Below, one piece after another: positions 7,642 through 10,274 of a stretch of DNA of 10,274 bases. Within the stretch, counting starts at the first letter, position 1, and each line of letters opens with the position of its first letter. Source of the DNA: Candidatus Brocadiia bacterium (GTDB lineage Bacteria; Planctomycetota; Brocadiia; SM23-32). Below the pieces are notes generated by a model, which was not told the DNA's origin, ran no database searches, and worked only from the letters and a program-made list of their open reading frames with translations. The translations under genes were made by a program, and so were the position numbers. The stretch spans positions 1-10,274 of the forward strand of contig JBKHIT010000104.1 of NCBI GenBank assembly GCA_046538485.1, read 5' to 3'.

Positions 7642-10227
7642 CTATACCGCCGGCGCCGACAGCAGATCCTCCAGGGCCGCTTTGACGGCGGTGGAGGTAC
7701 GTTCGTCGATGAGTTCGTTGATCTTTTCATCCGATACGTCACGGGGTTCCCAGTCGCCATCCTCGGTTTCCTCCCAGAAGACCTCCTCCAGGTCGTGGGC
7801 GATGGCGAGGTCGCGTCGATCGGCGCATTTTGGGACCACCCGTTCGGGCCAGAGGTGCATGGCCAGGTGGGCCCAGTCGTATTCTCCATCCACCAGCTTG
7901 CCCCACGTCTTCTTGCACCGTTTCTGCCACTTGCGGGGGGCGACCAGGCGCCAGAGGGGCGCGTAGTTGATGATGACACCATCGTTGAGGTTCGGGTTCC
8001 ACAGCGGCGCGACCCGGGCGACCTCATCCCGGAACTGGCGCAGTTCTTCCACAAACTCCTCCTGTTCCTCAACCTCCTTGCGCTCCCTGGATGAGGCATC
8101 CGAACCGAGAGCGCTGCGCATCTCGTTAAGTCGCCGTTCCTCATGCTGGAGTTTGGGCTCCACGTAGTCGTTCTGCACCTTGTACATCGTGTCACGGGTG
8201 AACCGATGATAGTAGAGCCAGACCGCATAACTGACGCTGGGGGTGGCGAGCTGCCAGTAGATGGGAGCATTACGGCGGCTCTTGGAGTATCGTTTTACAT
8301 GTTGAAGGAAGAAGCCGGTGTTCCCCTTTTTGCGGAAGTAATTGCGGAGGCTGTCGGCACCCTCGTCAATGATCTCGATCGCCTCACGGTACCTTTTGTC
8401 CCCATTTACTTCGCCCCACAATGTTCGGAAGACCTCTTGGATTCTCCGGAGTATGTCCTGCGGATGCCCCGGATCATCAACCAACACGCCTCCGGCCGCA
8501 ATCTTCACGGGATATTCTTGTAGCGGTTCGCTTTGTTCACTGAATTGAAGTTCAGCTGGAGCAACCGATGGGACAGGCGTGAAGGGGTCGTAATTATCTG
8601 CCACCTTTGGCGCTTCCCCCAAAGCAATTCTGATATCCCATCGGCCAAAGCCAACCCCTGCGGCGTAGCTGATTAGCTCCGAAATCCACTGCTCTACCTC
8701 CTGAGGATCAAGAACATCCATTTCACGACGTGCTTCAATTATCGTCTTGGGGTGGGCTCCAAACCTATAGCAAAGTAATTCCAACTTCCTGTCCGCGAAA
8801 AAGCTTTTTTTTGTCACTGCACGGCTACCACCAGAGTCGTTCACTTCCAGCTCTATTATGTCTCTAACCGGTTCTTCATATAGCTTAGCAAGCTCATTCA
8901 TCTCTTCAGGGGCGAGTGGTTTTTCAGGGAACATCCAAGGATGTTTGCCCATTTCTTGCTGAATGCTACTGATCGTCGACTCATTCAGTCCATACAGATC
9001 TTGCACCTTGCGCTCAATGGTCCCGGTCAGAGCAAGGATGGAAAGAGCACGGGTTTCAGACTGGTGCTTAGCGTCCTGGGCGAGGTCTATTAGCGAGCCC
9101 CCTGTCGATTCCCTATCTGCCTTCAGGATAATAGGCATCATATAACATTTTGACGTCTCCCTTTCAGTATCCTGCGCACGAAATTCTCGCCATACTTCTC
9201 TTACGATCGGGCCAATGTCCTTGCCTTTGTCTGAAAGCTCAGGGGGTAAGGGTATGCTTTGAACCACGCCCACTTCGTAGCTTCGAGCTGCACTTCCAGA
9301 GACTGCAGCGTCACCAGAGGCAACAAGCAACTCAATCATGTAAGCAACCGTTCGTGACATAAGAACACCGAGCAACGGCAAACTGTTCTTGGGATTCTCG
9401 CATATGACTGCATCCCCAGAATGGCTAAATATACAGCCCGGTGGTAACACGCGGGGGCTGAATCCACTCGCAGTTCGAACGCTCCAAGTGATTGCGGGAA
9501 GGAAGTAATACTCTGTGTTTTGAGGGCGGGAGCGAAGACGCCCAGAGTTTGGGCGAACGAAGTTTTTGATCTCCAAGCCATCATCTTCCCATCTCACACT
9601 CAAGTGGATATCCGCATAGTAAGGGGAATACTCGCCGCCTTTTGCGAGTGGCACCCAGGTCTTTCGTTGAACGGTTCGCCTTCGACAGCATTGTTGGAAA
9701 TCACCATTACTTGTCTTCCAGGCTGTGGCTTCTTCAGATCCTAGTAGATACTGAGGGGGAATTTCCCAGATAAGTCGAAGGAACCTATAATCGTCTGCTG
9801 TGACCAACCCCTGCTTGACCGAAGCTGACTCACCTTCAAGGCGAGGGTATGCGGCGAAAGCTTTCCTGATGTCATGCCCGGCCCAGTATGAAAATCTGGC
9901 TTCTGGCATCTTCATGAATGCGCGATCCATAACGACAAAAGCATGCTGCCGGCTTTTCGTCGGAGCGCTTATCGAATGAAGAAGCCCTGCTCTCTTATCC
10001 CTCGCCGCAAGAACACGGAAAAAATGACTAGGTATGCTTTCGTTTCGAGGTTTCCGTAGAATGCAGGTTGCCGCCTCAACTAACGCTCCGTCCAGCACCC
10101 CATGGCCAAGGTCAGCGGCTGAATCAAAAGAACACTGGTCAAGATGGATATTCCGCCGCCACTGGCTCAAGGTCGATTTGAAGAACTGTGTTCTGTTTAT
10201 GATGGCGCCGAGAAAACCATCGTCTAG
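7642..10227 (-). pseudogene. pglX: BREX PglX/BrxX adenine methyltransferase, 3' fragment (end of the MTase domain, target recognition domain and conserved C-terminus); 5' part missing or separated
   Basis: The 842-aa track ORF (7642..10170) extends upstream in frame as LDDGFLGAIINRTQFFKSTLSQWRRNI, which resembles PglX. It also has DLGHGVLDGALVEAA, VKQGLVTADDYRFLRL, WVPLAKGGEYSPYYADIHLSVRW, and the C-terminal motifs YSKSRRNAPIYWQL, WNPNLNDGVIINYAPLWRL and GEYDWAHLAMHLWPERV. No NPPY/F catalytic motif is in the window. In-frame TAA at 10258-10260. Lies upstream of pglZ and brxL. Confidence 0.85.
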
Positions 10228-10274
10228 CCTCGATTTTACGGCTATTGGCGCACAGAGTTAAATCCAGCCGCAAT
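10228..10274. mobile_element. Putative insertion-sequence terminus (IS1380-like inverted repeat) interrupting pglX; the element would extend beyond the window
   Basis: CCTCGATTTTACG at 10228-10240 resembles the ISEcp1 terminus CCTAGATTCTACG as recalled from memory. It abuts CTAG (10224-10227) exactly where PglX-like sequence ends. The PglX frame has a stop within this segment. Confidence 0.45.

Noticed and set aside
7548..8270. 240-aa minus-strand alternative-frame ORF overlapping the pglX 3' end
   Set aside because: Its Arg/Ser/Pro-rich composition is typical of off-frame GC-rich DNA, and the PglX frame carries the conserved motifs.
10168..10170. TTG at 10170 as the true pglX start
   Set aside because: PglX-like sequence continues upstream in frame, there is no RBS, and the product would lack the catalytic motif.
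1..10274. CRISPR arrays, tRNA/rRNA genes, retron-like ncRNA or tandem repeats
   Set aside because: None seen. The window is almost fully coding and intergenic gaps are under 100 bp.

Overview
This window is a single minus-strand antiphage defence cluster. In transcription order (right to left) it holds: the 3' part of a BREX pglX/brxX methyltransferase gene, an inserted 247-aa gene with a HEPN-like RxxxxH motif, pglZ/brxZ, brxL, a 591-aa protein fusing an unrecognised N-terminal domain to a C-terminal nucleoside phosphorylase (PNP/MTAN-like) domain, and the 5' stub of a PD-(D/E)xK nuclease-like gene. The pglX-pglZ-brxL order fits a type 1-like BREX system; brxA/B/C would lie outside the window. 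Both terminal genes appear cut. The pglX frame meets an in-frame TAA at 10258-10260, just past a CTAG followed by an IS1380-like terminal sequence. The nuclease-like ORF stops inside an IS66-like GTAAC terminus. The most interesting candidates are the two accessory effector-like genes, which may be undescribed back-up or abortive-infection modules of BREX. All family calls come from motifs recognised by eye; no database search was run.
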